NCBI GenBank assembly: GCA_000002445.1
Contig: AL929603.2
Location: 672,001 to 736,000, forward strand
Direction: 5' to 3'
Source: Trypanosoma brucei
Taxonomy: Eukaryota
Length of the DNA stretch: 64,000 nt
In this document: positions 62,457 through 64,000 of the stretch, piece after piece
Layout of the letters: every line of letters starts with the position of its first letter
Position numbering within the stretch: position 1 is the first letter of the stretch
Position numbers and translations under genes: made by a program
The notes under the pieces: model-generated
Told to the model about the DNA's origin: nothing
Database searches by the model: none
Seen by the model: the letters and a program-made list of their open reading frames with translations, nothing else

Positions 62457-63770
62457 TCACTCTTTTCGCTCTTTCTTCCTCTGTGAAGCGGAAACATCCA
62501 CGCGGAGAACCTCACGTTTGCGCTTTTTCTTCACGGAAAGCGGGTTTGGACCACGTGCCTTTCGCCTGCTGGAATGTTTCACAAATGCTGAAACTGAACT
62601 ATCACCACTACGACTAGTAACTGCTGCGTCTCTTTGCGACTTTCCCTTTGCAACATGCGGAATCCCATCCGTAACTGATTTGATGTTATCAAACCCACGT
62701 GCACGTTTCAGAGGAGGCTCGGCACCAGGCACAAGATTAGCGGAAAGATGTCGCATAAAAGCGATGTCTGCTTCTGAAAGGCCCTTATGGCCCCCAACTC
62801 GCACACCACCGCAGTGGAAATCATTATGGACATCACCGCTGCCACTACTTCCATAACTTTTATTATGGTTATAATTACTGCTATTGGCATCGCGGTTATT
62901 CATCTTACCGCTTCCTTCATAATTAAAGGAATCCCCGTTCCTTTCTATCCACAGCGCCGTTGGCATTGTCGTCAGACGTATGAGAGCCGAATCCGCTGGA
63001 AGTAGTCGACGCACATCATGAGATTGTGTGGCCACAAAAAAGAAATTAGCGTTCTTACCGCCATGCACGGAGTAGCCGTGTGGTTTCCCTGAAGCCACTT
63101 CAGTTATGAATTGTGTCACCGCCTTTCCTTCATTCCGGCCTCCCGATTCTGATGAAACTTCAGCTGTAGAAGTTGTTTCTCTATTCTGATATCCCACACA
63201 CATTAATCCCTTTAATAAAGCTTCAGCTACGGCACCGAGGCCGCACTTCTTCATTCCTCCTCCGGCATGTGACGCGCTTGAAATACTTTTGCCGTGTCCC
63301 TTTGAACCCCGATTCGTTACCTTCTCAACATCATTTTTTTCCTCACGCTGCACCATACGCCGCAGAGCTGTTGCAGTTTCGGGTAAATAATACAATGAGA
63401 GATTAATACCTTTTTGTTGCTTAGACTTTTCAGCGGGTTCGGAATCACTTTGAGTCGTCTGGGAAGCGGCTGCTGCAAATGTCTCATGCATAAGTGCCTT
63501 TAGAGTCCGCACAGGCGGCTCATGCATTTCGCTAATCCCATTTTTATTATTATTTTTATTATTGTTAATATTGTTATTAATACCGCTGCTAGTCCCTCCT
63601 CCTCCTCCTCCTCCCATGCTAAAGTTATTATTACAGATAGCATGGCCAACTGCACGCAAAAAAGAGGCATCACAAAGTATATTATAACTATCTAAGCAAA
63701 GCCCATGTTCAGCACTAAGTATCCGCAAACGCCGCTTATTGGCGTGGGCACGCAATACCCTGCGCTTCAT
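62457..63770 (-). CDS. PIN-domain rRNA-processing protein, UTP23/Fcf1-like
   Basis: Track ORF runs to 63953, but its first 61 codons are hydrophobic low-complexity translation of an (AAT)n/purine-rich spacer. From the ATG at 63770, 'MKRRVLRAHANKRRLRILSAEHGLCLDSYNILCDASFL' parallels the Utp23/Fcf1 N-terminus (KRxK...K......F...PYQVL.D..F). The C-terminus is a basic KKRKRE tail typical of nucleolar proteins. Confidence 0.4.
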   Translation of the reverse strand: MKRRVLRAHANKRRLRILSAEHGLCLDSYNILCDASFLRAVGHAICNNNFSMGGGGGGGTSSGINNNINNNKNNNKNGISEMHEPPVRTLKALMHETFAAAASQTTQSDSEPAEKSKQQKGINLSLYYLPETATALRRMVQREEKNDVEKVTNRGSKGHGKSISSASHAGGGMKKCGLGAVAEALLKGLMCVGYQNRETTSTAEVSSESGGRNEGKAVTQFITEVASGKPHGYSVHGGKNANFFFVATQSHDVRRLLPADSALIRLTTMPTALWIERNGDSFNYEGSGKMNNRDANSSNYNHNKSYGSSGSGDVHNDFHCGGVRVGGHKGLSEADIAFMRHLSANLVPGAEPPLKRARGFDNIKSVTDGIPHVAKGKSQRDAAVTSRSGDSSVSAFVKHSSRRKARGPNPLSVKKKRKREVLRVDVSASQRKKERKE

Positions 63771-63900
63771 GTTGTGATATCCCTTAACCGCAAATACTAA
63801 TAATAACAATAATAATAATAATAGTGACGGCGGTAGCAATTTAAAAATATATGTAAATAAGTAAATAAATAAGGGGAAAAAAAGAAAGAAAGAAAGAGCA
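63771..63900 (-). promoter_or_regulatory. polypyrimidine tract (minus-strand sense) upstream of the UTP23-like gene
   Basis: The plus strand here is purine-rich ('aataataacaataataataat...ggggaaaaaaagaaagaaagaaagag'), so it is pyrimidine-rich on the coding (-) strand. Confidence 0.4.
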
Positions 63901-64000
63901 CAGATGCGGAAAAGAAAAGTAGAAGCAAACACGCTAAAAGACAAAATCAACATCCGGATTCAGGATATCACACACCTCACCGAAACACGTGGAGAATTAC

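Noticed and set aside
63771-63953. N-terminal 61 codons of the 62457..63953 minus-strand ORF (MLILSFSVFASTFLF...LLLLLLLL)
   Set aside because: This is hydrophobic low-complexity translation of an (AAT)n / purine-rich spacer that is pyrimidine-rich on the coding strand. I treat it as the trans-splicing polypyrimidine tract and leader, not as a signal peptide.
1-64000. Prokaryotic-style interpretation (operons, CRISPR arrays, defence islands, integrons, phage or transposon boundaries)
   Set aside because: The content is unmistakably eukaryotic and kinetoplastid (separase, alpha-SNAP, SGT1, CHORD, myotubularin, RPS11, bromodomain). There are no direct-repeat/spacer arrays, terminal inverted repeats with target-site duplications, or integrase or transposase ORFs.

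Overview
This window reads as nuclear DNA from a kinetoplastid, most likely a Trypanosoma species. The evidence is the gene content, the absence of introns, long same-strand gene arrays, AT-rich intergenic spacers carrying long polypyrimidine tracts of the kind that direct trans-splicing, and the (TA)n, (GT)n, (AAT)n and poly-C microsatellites. It is not prokaryotic, so operon, CRISPR or defence-island logic does not apply. About 20 protein-coding genes lie head-to-tail on the + strand from 7 to 53505. A ~3 kb gene-free convergent strand-switch region follows at ~53.5-56.5 kb. Four genes then lie on the - strand at 56.5-63.8 kb and are transcribed towards the switch region. Products I can recognise from motifs are: a TrmA/TRM2-type tRNA (uracil-5) methyltransferase, alpha-SNAP, separase, a NEK-like kinase, a two-CHORD-domain protein, ribosomal protein S11, an SGT1-like CS+SGS protein, a TBC Rab-GAP, a type-II AAA protein, a Maf pyrophosphatase, an EFR3-like protein, a myotubularin phosphatase, an LRR protein, a DUF866/CXXC protein, a bromodomain protein and a UTP23/Fcf1-like PIN protein. 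Several large proteins (a 1768-aa coiled-coil protein, a 1886-aa solenoid, a 911-aa protein) stay hypothetical. The ORF track marks non-ATG codons (TTG/GTG) as starts, so I trimmed several genes to the first ATG. Coordinates are trusted only to about +/-1-3 nt where I located motifs by eye. The most interesting items are: the AAA protein has lost the Walker-B catalytic Glu in both ATPase domains; the CHORD protein and SGT1, which are known partners, are near neighbours and each has a non-canonical architecture; the EFR3-like protein begins with an MGCAC dual-acylation motif that the ORF track hides; the myotubularin ends in a degenerate FYVE-like finger; and the switch region contains a GC-rich ORF-less island and a C17 tract. 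I found no tRNA, rRNA, SL-RNA or obvious mobile element.
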